64,000 nucleotides of DNA from Macrostomum hystrix. Lineage: Eukaryota > Animalia > Platyhelminthes. Below are positions 1-13,100 of the stretch, piece by piece. Position 1 is the stretch's first letter. Each line of letters begins with the position of its first letter. The DNA lies in contig CATNEN010000038.1 of NCBI GenBank assembly GCA_950097015.1, positions 32,798,001 through 32,862,000 of the forward strand, given 5' to 3'. Position numbers and translations under genes: made by a program. Under the pieces are notes generated by a model. The model saw only the letters and a program-made list of their open reading frames with translations, was not told where the DNA came from and made no database searches.

Positions 1-1
1 C

Positions 2-899
2 CGGCACATCTACGCGTTTTTGACGCACTGCTTTCCCAAGGTCATTAATCGCTCTTTCGCACTTTATACGAGCCGTAATATTGTTTTTATTTATTGTGTT
101 ACAATGGAAAATAGCAACAACCTCACTCCGCATCTTTATCCCCCCCCAAAACTAGCACCCACCTCACTCCGCCTCTCTCTCCCTGAAACTGGCACCCACC
201 TCACTCCGTCTCTCTCTCCCTGAAACTGGCACCCACCCCACCCCGGCTCTCTATCCCTAAAACTGGCACCCACCTCACTCCGTCTCTCTCTCCCTGAAGC
301 TGGCACCCACCTCACTCCGCCTCTCTCTCCCTGAAACTGGCACCCACCCCACCCCGGCTCTCTATCCCAAAAGAGAGCATCACTGCTAATTATAAACCGC
401 ATCTGTCACACAGGCCTACCAGTGCCTCGCGGACATGCTGGACATTCGCGCCTCGCTGACTGACAGCCTTACTCAGTCCGCTGAGTTCCTGAGTATCATT
501 GTTACCATCGCGGCTACTCCAGCTGCATCTATCGAGCCACACGAGAAGACTGTTCAACTTCTAGCTCAAATTGAAGGCGATATAAAAGCATGTCTGCTTC
601 TCCTAGCTGTGAGCAAAGAGCAAGTTCAGCAGCAGCAGCCGCCGCCACCCCAGCAAAGCAGCAATAATGCAACGATAACTGCAGCTTCGGAGAAAATCTG
701 CGCCTGTTTGCGTAAGTCGGCCGATCTGCCACCAACGGCATTAGGAGCGGCTGATGGCAGCGATTCTCAGCAGCAGCAGCAGCAGCAGCAGCAATCTACT
801 TTGTCACTGCTCAGACTGGCTGAGCGCCTTATTGAGCAGCTAAAAACATCTGAGCTGCCCACCGTTGTCGCATTGGGCCCCGATGTTGAGCGAAACTGA
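2..899 (+). CDS. 3' part of an unknown protein-coding gene (last two exons; poly-Gln C-terminal region)
   Basis: Exon <2-40 (RHIYAFLTHCFPK) ends at AAG|gtcatt. The intron has a gctaat branch-like motif and acceptor acacag|414. Exon 414-899 continues in frame (AYQCLADMLDIRASL...) into ORF 435..899. No family recognised. Confidence 0.55.
150..368. repeat. Short tandem repeat built on CACCCACCTCACTCCG / CACCCACCCCACCCCG
   Basis: About 5-6 degenerate units inside the intron of the first gene. Confidence 0.8.
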
Positions 900-914
900 G
901 GATGCGAAAATCGA

Positions 915-1290
915 CGATTTGGGGATCGAGTTCTCCCATCGATGGGGATTTGGGGATCGAGTTCCCATTGTTTGGGATTTGGAAATCGAGTTCTCCCATT
1001 GTTTGGGATTTGGGAATCAAGTTCTCCCGTTGTTGGGGATTTGGGGATCGAGTTCTCCCATTGCTAGGGATTTGGGAATCGAGTTCTCCCATTGTTTGGG
1101 ATTTGGGAATCGAGTTCTCACATCGATGGGGATTTGGGGATCGAGTTCTCTATTTGTTCGGGATTTGGGAATCGAGTTTTCCCATTGTTGGGGATTTGGG
1201 GATCGAGTTCTCCCAATTATGATGATTTGGGAATCGATTTCTCCCATTTATGATGATTTGGTAATCGATTCCTCCCATTGATTGGGATTT
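915..1290. repeat. ~31-32 bp minisatellite (TTGGGATTTGGGAATCGAGTTCTCCCATTG)
   Basis: Direct tandem copies visible. Confidence 0.9.
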
Positions 1291-2284
1291 AGGGAATGAG
1301 TTCTCTTTGTGGCAAACATTTAGGAATGAAGTTTTCCCAGTTTCCGATCCTCAATTGAAGGTTAGCAAGTTGATATAATCTATTCAGTCATTCTCTGTCT
1401 GTAAAACCTCATCAAGAAGTTTGTTTGCCTGCTTCATTTCTCCGATTTTGCACACTTTCACAAAAAGCATTACGATAGCTTTCAGTCTGTTTGTCCGTTT
1501 GCTTTCTCGGCTTTTAATTTTGCCTTCTTATTTTAGTGTTATAAAAACTGTTCTCTAAATTTCCTGCAAGTCAGTTTAATTGCCTCTGCCCGTTGTTCAG
1601 TTATACATATTTGTCTATCTGGTTCCTGGCTTGTTTTATCTCGTTTTAATTGTCCTTCCTCTGTCAATAAATGCCGCAAAGTAAATTAATTTATTGCACT
1701 CTTATCATTACTGATAACTAGTTAAATTATAGACATTAATAATGGGGTTTTTTGTATTTTACCGCTAGCCAATAAGCGTATATCATGGCTTTTGTGTACT
1801 ATTTAGTGTCATCCAATGAGCTTTAAGCATGGGGTTGTGCGTTCTTCGGTGCCAACCAATCAGCGTTAAGCATGGTTTTATTTTTCTTTTGCATAAACTA
1901 AGCTCTATATTAGAAGGGCTTAAATTTCGGTGAAGAATATAGTGTACTCGTATGTTGTGTGCGTGTTGTAGGCATAATATTATAAGTGAAAATTAGTCAG
2001 AATTTTTGTCTCTTTCAAGATGTATCGTCTTTGGAAGTGGTCCCTGTGCCGCTGCTTCTTGTTTTCTTATCGTGAGTTTACATTTAATAGCATCTCATTG
2101 TGAGGCGTTAAGTGGCCTACATTTTTGTTCTCTTTATTCAGGTCTTTGTGCTACTAATTCTAGCAACAATTGTCATAAAATTTCGCATAGCTAACATACA
2201 AAATTCAATGTCACTAAGTGAAATTCAATTTTTAACTAATGTAACCTGATTATAGTCTCTCTTACTTAAAACACACCCGCTGCT

Positions 2285-2825
2285 GGGTAAAGGGGTGAGG
2301 TAAGTGGTGGGAGGGTAAAGGAGTGAGGTAAGTGGTGGGTGGGTAAAGGAGTGAGGTAAGTGGTGGGTGGGTAAAGGAGTGAGGTAAGTGGTGGGTGGGT
2401 AAAGGAGTGAGGTAAGTGGTGGGTGGGTAAAGGAGTGAGGTAAGTGGTGGGTGGGTAAAGGAGTGTGGTAAGTGGTGGGTGGGTAAAGGAGTGAGGTAAG
2501 TGGTGGGTGGGTAAAGGAGTGAGGTAAGTGGTGGGTGGGTAAAGGAGTGAGGTAAGTGGTGGGTGGGTAAAGGAGTGTGGTAAGTGGTGGGTGGGTAAAG
2601 GAGTGAGGTAAGTGGTGGGTGGGTAAAGGAGTGAGGTGGGTGGTGGGTGGGTAAAGGAGTGAGGTGGGTGCTGGCTGGGTAATGCAGTGAGGTGGGTGCT
2701 GGCTGGGTAAAGGAGTGAGGTGGGTGCTGGCTGGTAAAGGAGTGAGGTGGGTGCTGGCTGGTAAAGGAGTGAGGTGGGTGCTGGCTGCAGGTAAAGGAGT
2801 GAGGTGGGTGCTGTCTGGGTAAGGG
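2285..2825. repeat. ~29 bp minisatellite (GGGTAAAGGAGTGAGGTAAGTGGTGGGT)
   Basis: Direct tandem copies; the unit changes toward the 3' end. Confidence 0.9.
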
Positions 2826-3693
2826 ACTGAATCGGTTGCAAGCAGTCTAATAGTGAAGTAAGTAAGGAAAATATAAATACACAGAGCTGTTATTTAAATC
2901 AATAAAAAAATCAGTAAATGTCATTCGACATTTGTAGTTTGCCTCTTGTACAAATGCGATATCGAAAAACGTTTCATAAATTGTACTTAAGCTACTACAA
3001 CACGGTCAACCATTTACCATCTTTTGTTCATAGCTAGAAAGTATTAGTTCACCAAATCGGCAATTAACTATTACAAGGTATAACGAAAAAAATTGGTTAA
3101 AAAATCACATGTACTTTTGATTATACGTGCCTTCTTTGGTAAATGGTTGCTACAAACTTGTCTAATCTCAATATCCCTAATATCAGTGTCTATTCTCACA
3201 GCTGTCTGATCGAAAGTGCCTAATATCAGTATATTTATGTATAATATAAATACATTTTCATTAGGGCCGTACGCAATCAAAGAACAATGTGAACAATTGT
3301 TAAACGTCAATAGAAGTTAAGTATCTACCGATGACAATTCTCTACTGTCCTCAAACCCAGTCAATCCAGAACAGCAGAAGCAGCAATGCACAGTAACTAT
3401 ATAAACCACATTTTGATTGTGTACTTCTGTGCCGGATACTAATTATTGGTCAATTCATCGCTGCTCAGGTGTCGACAAGTTTTTGGCAGTATGCGAAGCC
3501 TCTGATTTCGTCTCTTAACTACTGTTTAGTAAACTGCATAGCCTTGATTGATTTGTTAATTGGATATTTTGCATTGAAGCTTGACTTTAGACTAACACTG
3601 CATCAGGCACTTTAGTCTGCATCGGTAACTCTAGGACAATCAGAGGGAGGTGAGATGTTGGTTAATCAAGTGTTTCTGGTATGTCTGATTAGA

Positions 3694-4577
3694 GTGACTG
3701 ATGCTGATCCAGTACAGGCTGTGAAGTGACTGAGGCTGATTCAGTACTGTGTGTGAAGTGACTGAGGCTGATTCAGTACTGGGTGTGGAGTGACTGAGGC
3801 TGATCCAGTACAGGCTGTGAAGTGACTGAGGCTGATTCAGTACGGGCTGTGAAGTGACTGAGGCTGATTCAGTACTGGGTGTGGAGTGACTGAGGCTGAT
3901 TCAGTACTGGGTGTGGAGTGACTGAGGCTGATTCAGTACTGGGTGTGGAGTGACTGACGCTTATTCAGTACTGGGTGTGGAGTGACTGAGGCTGATTCAG
4001 TACTGGGTGTGGAGTGAATGAGGCTGATTCAGTACTGGGTGTGGAGTGACTGACGCTGATTCAGTACTGGGTGTGGAGTGACTGAGGCTGATTCAGTACT
4101 GGGTGTGGAGTGACTGACGCTTATTCAGTACTGGTTGTGGAGTGACTGAGGCTGATTCAGTACTGGGTGTGGAGTGACTGAGGCTGATTCAGTACTGGGT
4201 GTGGAGTGACTGAGGCTGATTCAGTACTGGGTGTGAAGTGACTGAGGCTGATTCAGTACTGGGTGTGAAGTGACTGAGGCTGATTCAGTACTGGTTGTGG
4301 AGTGACTGAGGCTGATTCAGTACTGGGTGTGGAGTGACTGAGGCTGATTCAGTACTGGGTGTGGAGTGACTGAGGCTGATTCAGTACTGGGTGTGAAGTG
4401 ACTGAGGCTGATTCAGTACTGGGTGTGAAGTGACTGAGGCTGATTCAGTACTGGTTGTGGAGTGACTGAGGCTGATTCAGTACTGGGTGTGGAGTGACTG
4501 AGGCTGATTCAGTACTGGGTGTGGAGTGACTGAGGCTGATTCAGTACTGGGTGTGGAGTGACTGAGGCTGATTCAGT
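3694..4577. repeat. 32 bp minisatellite (GTGACTGAGGCTGATTCAGTACTGGGTGTGGA)
   Basis: About 27 near-identical tandem copies. Confidence 0.95.
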
Positions 4578-4834
4578 TGGTAAATACGCGATGGATACAA
4601 AAATGGGAAAGCACCTGTGCCTAGCGACGTCAACACTCACTAGATCGATTGGACAGACACGCACATTGAGACCTTACAATGGGATCACTTTAGACTCCTT
4701 GTCCAACCAATGAGAAGCGCTGAAGCCAAATCCCTGGATTGTACAGTTGCCGCTCTTCCCTGTGTTAAATGTGACAGAACTTCAATTCATTCTCTTCAGT
4801 TGCTTTCGATACAATTTGTTAATCATATTTAGAA

Positions 4835-7800
4835 ATGTTGTCAAATCTACCGTCACTGCTTTGTCTTCTTCTGCAAGCGATTGTTCTGCTAATTTTGCCG
4901 TCCACTTCGCCAGCCGAGCTCAGCAGAAGCTGGTGCCAGGACGTGCCTCCGTTGACGAAGCACGCCAACGTCACGGAGGAGCGCTTCGTGGCGCAATTGT
5001 TCAACGGCTACCAGAAGCAGCACCGGCCGCCGAATTGTTTGGACGGCAATCAACGCAGTTCAACTTCGCCAACCATCGTCAGCGTCAACATCTACGTCAA
5101 CAGCATCAGCTCCATCAGTGTGGTGGACATGGACTATTCCGTCGACGTATTTCTACGACAGAGGTGGACGGACTCCCGGCTCAGATTTCGCGGTCAGGCT
5201 GGCGTCCTGTCGTTGAACTACATGAAGGACCGGCTGTGGATTCCCGACCTGTTCTTTCGCAACTCGAAGGAGGGCAAGTTGCACACGGTGACCACGCCCA
5301 ACCACTTGATCTGGGTCTATCCAGACAATGGCAGCGTTCTATTCAGCCAGAAACTGTCTGTGAAGCTCGACTGTCCCATGACTCTGTGGAACTTCCCCAT
5401 GGATAGTCAGGTGTGCCGTGTTGAGATGGGCAGCTACGGCTATTCGCTGGATGAGTTGGACTTTGTCTGGGTCGGCAGTCAGCAGGTTGAGCTGAATAAT
5501 AAGCTGCAGATTAACGAGTTTCAATTTCCTAATTTGCGCTACGGAGCTTGCGTTAAGGCCTACAATAGTACCGGCAGGTTTGCCTGCGTCTACTTGGAGT
5601 TTCATCTGGTTAGAAAATTCGGCTTCTATCTGATCTATACCTACCTGCCCTCCATCCTGGTGGTGCTGCTGTCCTGGATCTCATTCTGGATTGATTACCA
5701 AGCTGTACCAGCTCGAATCACCCTGGGACTGCTGTCAATCCTGGCACTGATCACACAGGCCGCCGCCACGCTGCAGAAATTGCCAAGGGTGTCCTATGTT
5801 AAAGGTAGGCGGCTATGGATACTGAGCTTGCGGGGGATAGTTGGGAGAGAAGGGAGAGATTAGGGTGAGATTTCTTTTGAGAATACAGAGAGTAGAGAGT
5901 AGAATGTGAGTAGGGAGAGAGTAGGGAAAGAAAATGGAGTGAGTAGGGAAAGAAAATGGAGTGAGTAGGGAAAGAAAATGGAGTGAGTAGGGAGAGAGTA
6001 CAGAGAGAGTAGGGAGAGAGTACAGAGAGAGTAGGGAGAGAGTAAAGAGAGAGTAGGGAGAGAGTACAGAGAGAGTAGGGAGAGAGTACAGAGAGAGAAG
6101 GGAGAGAGTAAAGAGAGAGTAGGGAGAGAGTACAGAGAGAGTAGGGAGAGAGTACAGAGAGAGTAGGGAGAGAGTACAGAGAGAGTAGGGAGAGAGTACA
6201 GAGAGAGTACAGAGAGAGTACAGAGAGAGTACAGAGAGAGTACAGAGAGAGTACAGAGAGAGTAGGGAGAGAGTACAGAGAGAGTAGGGAGAGAGTACAG
6301 AGAGAGTAGGGAGAGAGTACAGAGAGAGTACAGAGAGAGTACAGAGAGAGTAGGGAGAGAGTACAGAGAGAGTAGGGAGAGAGTACAGAGAGAGTAGGGA
6401 GAGAGTACAGAGAGAGTACAGAGAGAGTACAGAGAGAGTAAGGAGCGAGTTCAAGATAAGGTGCATTGTGAGGGGTCTATTCGGGTAGGGCTAGTCACAA
6501 GGAAAGCAAAATCAACATGTCAGATTTGGTCAAAGCAGTGTTGGAGGTCATTGCTAAGGGTATTAGTGTGCTTCAAGCATATGATCCATTTTGTGACAAT
6601 TCTACATAACAGAATCCATAAGATGTGATAATAATCTTCTTTAAGGCACAAACGGGAAATTGTCGCTTCAAAGGTTCTGCAGTCGGAATAAAATTATCCC
6701 ACGTGTGTCTAGATTGTAGCATATACACTCTTATAACAAACCGAGATGAGACATTGCGAGATAAGTCTGCAGTGCGTTTCTGCGGAAATTCTCTAAGCTA
6801 ATCGAATGCGAAAGCCGTCAAGGTCGACAGTCGGTGATTAGATTCGCTGATTTAATTTTATCCCTAAAAAACTCTTGATAGAGAGTTTGTAGGTGTTAAT
6901 TGTGGAACGTCCCTCCACTTGAGTACATCTAAAACTCCTTTCATCAATTTTTAGTGGCACAATTGTAGCACATCCTTTTGGACAAAAAAATCACCTCAAT
7001 TGAAGCTTAAGAAAAGAATTACTTTTTTTAACCTGAATAATTAATGTGCAGTATAATTAGAATGAAGACATGGAAGTATATATAAATAGCTTATAAGGTG
7101 TCGCTAATAAGAATCGAAGTATAATAATAATAATAACAATTTGACACAAGACCCATGGGCCATGGCAGGTGTTGTGTGTCAAGCACACTAGCAGGTGGGG
7201 ACTGCACACCTAATGTACTCCCCGGCTCTCTCGGACACCGGTTCACAGCCGCGTGTCAGCAATGGAATTCATTTTTCCAAACATATCGGCAGCATCCGAA
7301 CCCCACTGAATTGCCGCACAGAACTGCTTTATTCCACGCCAGCCAGAATTATTATTACCTGACGAAATGTCGGTACTCATTTGTAGCTGAGTAGACTGTG
7401 AGCACATCAGTCGGTACTCATTTGCAGCTGAGTAGACTGTGAGCACATCAGTCGGTACTCATTTGCAGCTGAGTAGACTGTGAGCACATCAGTCGGTACT
7501 CATTTGCAGCTGAATAGACTGTGAGCACATCAGGGCAAAGCAGCTGCACGAATAGTTCTAGACTAGGTCGGGAGTCGAACCCAGGACCATCTGATCCAGA
7601 GTCCGGCACCTTACTGACTGAGCTATCCGCCCCTGTGTTGCTATGACCACAGATCACAGAACACAGTGTTGCTAATGTCGCTATGTCGCTAACAACGAGA
7701 ATCGTTAACTATCTCAACTTGCTTCACCGGGTGGAACGGAAAATTTTAGCCCGTGTTCTGGAATTTCATGGCGTTTGGATGAATGTTTGGGGAGATACTT

Positions 7801-10800
7801 GCCTTGAGAGTAAGGTTTTGGGAAAATTTTCCCCAAGACAGGGATTCGAACACAGGACCTCCCTAGGATCTATGATCGCCGTAGGTCCTAACCGCTAGGC
7901 TAAGACTTCCCCTAAATGAACAAGATTCCAGACATAACGGAATCCCATGCACAAGACAGAACGGATATTGCGAGTAAAATTTGGCTTGGTATATTATTGT
8001 TATTATGTTTGAAACACAATATACCCTAAACAGGGTGCAGATTATTACTAGCTTATCGTGGAGAGCAATATAACGTATGAGTAGGAGCTGTACTGAAGTT
8101 TGTAGAAACTAAATTTATTAAAAACAGCATTTGATTTGAAAATAAATGCATTAAATGTCTGGTAGTGTCGAAGCCTGCAATCAAACTCGATTTATGGTAC
8201 GAACAAAAATATAGGCTTTCGAAACAGAATCTGGAAATTGGTTCAAAGATTTTACTTTTCTTTATAATTGGACGACTTTTTACCGTTTATTTTATACTTG
8301 TTTGTCTCAGCTAAGGAGTAGGTGGAGTTTACTGGCGGAAGGGGTAGATTAGACTTATAGGAGTTAGATTAGTCTGGGGGAGGAGGTAGATTAGACTGGG
8401 GGAGTAGGTAGATAAGTCTAGTGGAGGAGGTAGATTGGACTGGGGAAGGAGGTAGATTAGACTGGGGGAGTAGGTAGATAAGTCTAGTGGAGGAGGTAGA
8501 TTAGTCTAGGGGAGGAGGTAGATTGGACTGGGTGTGGAGGTAGATTAGACAGGGGGGAGGAGGTAGATTAGACTGGGGGAGGAGGTAGATTAGACTGGGG
8601 GAGGAGGTAGGTTAGACTGGGGGAGGAGGTATATTAGTCTGGGGGAGGAGGTAGATAAGTCTAGGGGAGAAGGTAGATAAGTCTATTGGAGGAGGTAGAT
8701 TGGACTGGGGAAGGAGGTAGATTAGACTTGGGGAGTAGGTAGATAAGTCTAGTGGAGGAGGTAGATTAGACTGGGGGAGGAGGTAGGTTAAACTGGGTGT
8801 GGAGGTAGATTAGACAGGGGGGAGGAGGTAGATTAGACTGGGGGAGGAGGTAGATTAGACTGGGGGAGGAGGTAGGTTAGACTGGGGGAGGAGGTATATT
8901 AGTCTGGGGGAGGAGGTAGATAAGTCTAGGGGAGAAGGTAGATAAGTCTATTGGAGGAGGTAGATTGGACTGGGGAAGGAGGTAGATTAGACTTGGGGAG
9001 TAGGTAGATAAGTCTAGTGGAGGAGGTAGATTAGTCTAGGGGAGGAGGTAGATTGGACTGGGTGTGGAGGTAGATTAGACTGGGGGAGGAGGTAGGTTAA
9101 ACTGGGTGTGGAGGTAGATTAGACAGGGGGGAGGAGGTAGATTAGACTGGGGGAGGAGGTAGATTAGACTGGGGGAGGAGGTAGGTTAGACTGGAGGAGG
9201 AGGTATATTAGACTGGGGGAGGAGGTAGATTAGACTGAGGGAGGAGGTAGGTTAGACTGGGTGTGGAGGTAGATTAGACTGGGGGAGGAGGTAGGTTAGA
9301 CTGGGGGAGGAGGTAGGTTAGACTGGGGGAGGAGGTAGATTAGACTGGGTGTGGAGGTAGATTAGACAGGGGGGAGGAGGTAGATTAGACTGGGGGAGGA
9401 GGTAGCTTAAACTGGGTGTGGAGGTAGATTAGACAGGGGGGAGGAGGTAGATTAGACTGGGGGAGGAGGTAGGTTAGACTGGGGGAGGAGGTAGATTAGA
9501 CAGGGGGGAGGAGGTAGATTAGACTGGGGGAGGAGGTAGATTAGACTGGGGGAGGAGGTAGATTAGACTGGGGGAGGAGGTAGATTAGACAGGGGGGGAG
9601 GAGGTAGATTAGACTGGGGGAGGAGGTAGATTAGACTGGGGGAGGAGGTAGGTTAGACTGGGTGTGGAGGTAGATTAGACAGGGGGGAGGAGGTAGATTA
9701 GACTGGGGGAGGAGGTAGGTTAGACTGGGTGTGGAGGTAGATTAGACAGGGGGGAGGAGGTAGATTAGACTGGGGGAGGAGGTAGGTTAGACTGGGGGAG
9801 GAGGTAGATTAGACAGGGGGGAGGAGGTAGATTAGACTGGGGGAGGAGGTAGATTAGACTGGGGGAGGAGGTAAATTAGACTGGGGGAGGAGGTAGATTA
9901 GACAGGGGGGAGGAGGTAGATTAGACAGGGGGGAGGAGGTAGATTAGACTGGGGGAGGAGGTAGGTTAGACTGGGTGTGGAGGTAGATTAGACAGGGGGG
10001 AGGAGGTAGATTAGACTGGGGGAGGAGGTAGGTTAGACTGGGGGAGGAGGTAGATTAGACAGGGGGGAGGAGGTAGATTAGACTGGGGGAGGAGGTAGAT
10101 TAGACTGGGGGAGGAGGTAAATTAGACTGGGGGAGGAGGTAGATTAGACAGGGGGGAGGAGGTAGATTAGACAGGGGGGAGGAGGTAGATTAGACTGGGA
10201 GAGGAGGTAGATTAGACTGGGGGAGGAGGTAGATTAGACTGGGGGAGGAGGTAGGTTAGACTGGGGGAGGAGGTAGGTTAGCCTGGGGGAGGAGGTAGAT
10301 TAGACTGAGGGAGGAGGTAGGTTAGACTGGGTGTGGAGGTAGGTTAGACGGGGTAGACGTATGAGAGGCAGGGAAGGAAAATTAGAAAATTATTTGACAA
10401 TGACTTGTAGAGGTTGACACGGAAATGTTATTTAGTCCCAGAGACAGCTGGGATATACGCAGGCAGCCAAATGCCAGAATTAGATAATCCACTAGAGATC
10501 GTTTCATCGAAATCGTTGCACCTGTCCTACCCTAATACACGGACAACTCACAAGCGGACCAAAATGAAACATAGTGATTTTGTGCTCAAAGTGCTGCACA
10601 ATGTCTTCATTTGCTCAATAAGCTGATGTATCAACATGCAGATTATCTTTAATCTCCGTGGATGCAAGCAGTTTGCTTTGAAACTTTGCTGATTTCTTAC
10701 ACAGCCGACTGATAAGCACGTGGCAGAAGAAATATTCTGACGATATCTATTTATTTAATCAGGTGCACTCTAATCCCAGCGCAATAGTTTCAGCATGAAG

Positions 10801-11939
10801 CTTTATCTTCAGGATAGATGTACCCAATTTTCTAAAAGAAGAAACTTAAGATTGCAAAGACTGGGATTCAGAAAATTCTTTATTAAATTTCAAACTTTCA
10901 TTTTTCCTGCACTCTTTCTTTGCATAAGGGCTAAAATTTCATTTAATTTTAAGCTGTACCTGAAAAAAGTTGAAGCAACAGTATTGATAATTGTTGCGTG
11001 TGCTTTCTTACTATAAATATAGAGGCGGAGAATTGGAAGTTTCAGCGGAAATAAGAATGAGGTGATGTTGATTAGAGTGGCAAAGAATCGGAGTGGGGTG
11101 GGTGTTGGCTAGAGGGACAGTGAAGCGGAGTGAGGTGGGTATCGGCCAGAGGGGTAGAAAGTCGGAGTGGGGTGGGTGTCGGCCAGGGGGCAGAGAGTCG
11201 GAGTGGGGTGGGTGTCGGCCAAAGGGGCAGAGAGTCGGAGTGGGGTGGGTGTGATTTAGCTGGCATTTTTTATCGTGCAAATCGCAAGTCTATCTCGCCC
11301 GTGCCGCACTCCGCAGCCATAGACGTGTGGCTGTTCGCATGCCTGGCATTCGTGGTGCTGTCGCTGCTGGAGTTCTCGCTGGTGAACGTGCTGGCTCGCC
11401 GACAATCGAAGCACCGTGACGCGGAATGGCGCTGCGAGCTTCGTCGAGCCCTGCGTCAGGAGCTGCTTGCCCTGACTGGCGGATTCTCCGCCGCGGATAT
11501 TGTCGACTCGACGATTAATGGAGGCGGTTGCGGCGGCGGTGGTGTTAGTAACGGCGTGGACCTTGACGGCAGCGACGCTCCAGACAGCCCCCTGCTTGCC
11601 ATGATGATGATGTCGATGCGGCACCGTCGTCATCGCGGCTCCGACGACTCTAGCGGTGTCGGCGGCGTCGGCGGGAACGTTCCGAGAGCTGCCGTGTCCA
11701 CAGTAGGCGCCGTCGGCTCGGCGGCTAGTAATCTCGGCCGAGGTCCGAGGTTCGATTCCCGTAGGCAGCGCCGACATCAGGCTGCCGCAGGCCGATTCGC
11801 CTTCGGATTGAAGCCGCAGCACGTGGACTGGGTCTCCATCTTTCTGTTCCCGTTCAGCTTTTTGTTGTTCAACGCCATCTACTGGCTGTACTTTCTAGTG
11901 CTGAGCGCGCACCAGAATGAGGGCACCTTTCACGACTAG
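4835..11939 (+). CDS. Cys-loop ligand-gated chloride channel subunit (lophotrochozoan GluCl / glycine-receptor-like)
   Basis: Exons 4835-5804 and 11317-11939 (AAAG|gtaggc ... ccgcag|CCATA joins VSYVK-A-IDVW). Signal peptide, loop A WIPDLFFRN, Cys loop CPMTLWNFPMDSQVC, loop C CVKAYNSTGRFAC, M1 YLPSILVVLLSWISFW, anion-selective PAR motif, M4 VDWVSIFLFPFSFLLFNAIYW. Confidence 0.93.
5885..6440. repeat. Purine-rich repeat (GAGAGAGTACA / GAGAGAGTAGG)
   Basis: Low-complexity tandem array in the channel intron. Confidence 0.9.
7121..7633 (-). mobile_element. tRNA-derived SINE with CORE-like domain (internally amplified) and (ATT)n tail
   Basis: Minus strand starts GGGGCGGATAGCTCAGTCAGT (A box) ... 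GGGTTCGACTCCC (B box). A segment AGTCTACTCAGCTGCAAATGAGTACC is repeated 4x. (AAT)n tail at 7121-7140. Confidence 0.75.
7700..7912 (-). mobile_element. tRNA-like SINE head (second family)
   Basis: Minus strand GGGGAAGTCTTAGCCTAGCGGTTAGG...GTGTTCGAATCCC shows A and B boxes, but not a canonical cloverleaf. 3' extent uncertain. Confidence 0.5.
8340..10355. repeat. 22 bp G-rich minisatellite (GACTGGGGGAGGAGGTAGATTA) with higher-order duplications
   Basis: About 90 tandem units in the channel intron. Confidence 0.95.
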
Positions 11940-12221
11940 AAGAGCAAAGTTGCAGCCGACTGCAAACAGACGCTGGAGTTTTTGTTTATCACTTTTAGAC
12001 TTAGGTTTAAGACTTCAATCTATTTGTTTCAGCTCACCAGAGTTGAAAATTGCGACATGTTTCTTAAATAGAAAAAAATTGCCTGTGGATGCCTCGCTAG
12101 TTCAAGATTGACAAACATCACAAAATAGCCAGGCATCCACAGATTCTCCGTATGAGGATTTCCTTAATTTTCATTAAGCTTCTTATCATCTGCAGGTTTG
12201 AGTAGACAACTTATCCCGGAA

Positions 12222-13100
12222 AACCCACTTCCCTCCGAAACCTCACTTCCCTCCGGAACCTCACTTCCCCCCGGAAACTCACTTCCCTCCGAAACCTCAC
12301 TTCCCTCCGAAACCTCACTTCCCCCCGGAACCTCACTTCCCCCCGGAAACTCACTTCCCTCCGAAACCTCACTTCCCTCCAAAACCTCACTTCCCCCCGG
12401 AAACTCACTTCCCTCCAAAACCTCACTTCCCCCCGGAACCTCACTTCCCCCCGGAAACTCACTTCCCTCCGAAAAATCACTTCTCTCCGGAACATCACTT
12501 CCCTCCGAAACCTCACTTCCCTCCGAAACATCACTTCCCTCCGAAACATCACTTCCCTCCGAAACATCACTTCCCTCCGAAACATCACTTCCCTCCGAAA
12601 CATCACTTCCGTCCGAAACCTCACTTCCCCCCGGAACCTCACTTCCCCCGGAAACTCACTTCCCCCCGGAACCTCACTTCCCCCCGGAACCTCACTTCCC
12701 TCCGAAACCTCACTTCCCTCCAAAACCTCACTTCCCCCCGGAACCTCACTTCCCCCCGGAAACTCACTTCCCTCCAAAACCTCACTTCCCCCCGGAACCT
12801 CACTTCCCCCCGGAAACTCACTTCCCTCCGAAAAATCACTTCTCTCCGGAACATCACTTCCCTCCGAAACCTCACTTCCCTCCGAAACCTCACTTCCCTC
12901 CGAAACATCACTTCCCTCCGAAACATCACTTCCCTCCGAAACATCACTTCCCTCCGAAACATCACTTCCCTCCGAAACCTCACTTCCCTCCGAAACCTCA
13001 CTTCCTTCCGGAACCTCACTTCCCTCCGAAACCTCACTTCCCTCCAAAACCTCACTTCCTTCCGACACCTCACTTCCGAAACCTCAGTTCCCTCCAAAAC
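12222..13100 (+). repeat. 18 bp minisatellite (CACTTCCCTCCGAAACMT), left arm of an inverted pair
   Basis: Tandem array; its reverse complement is at 15645-16140. Confidence 0.95.
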
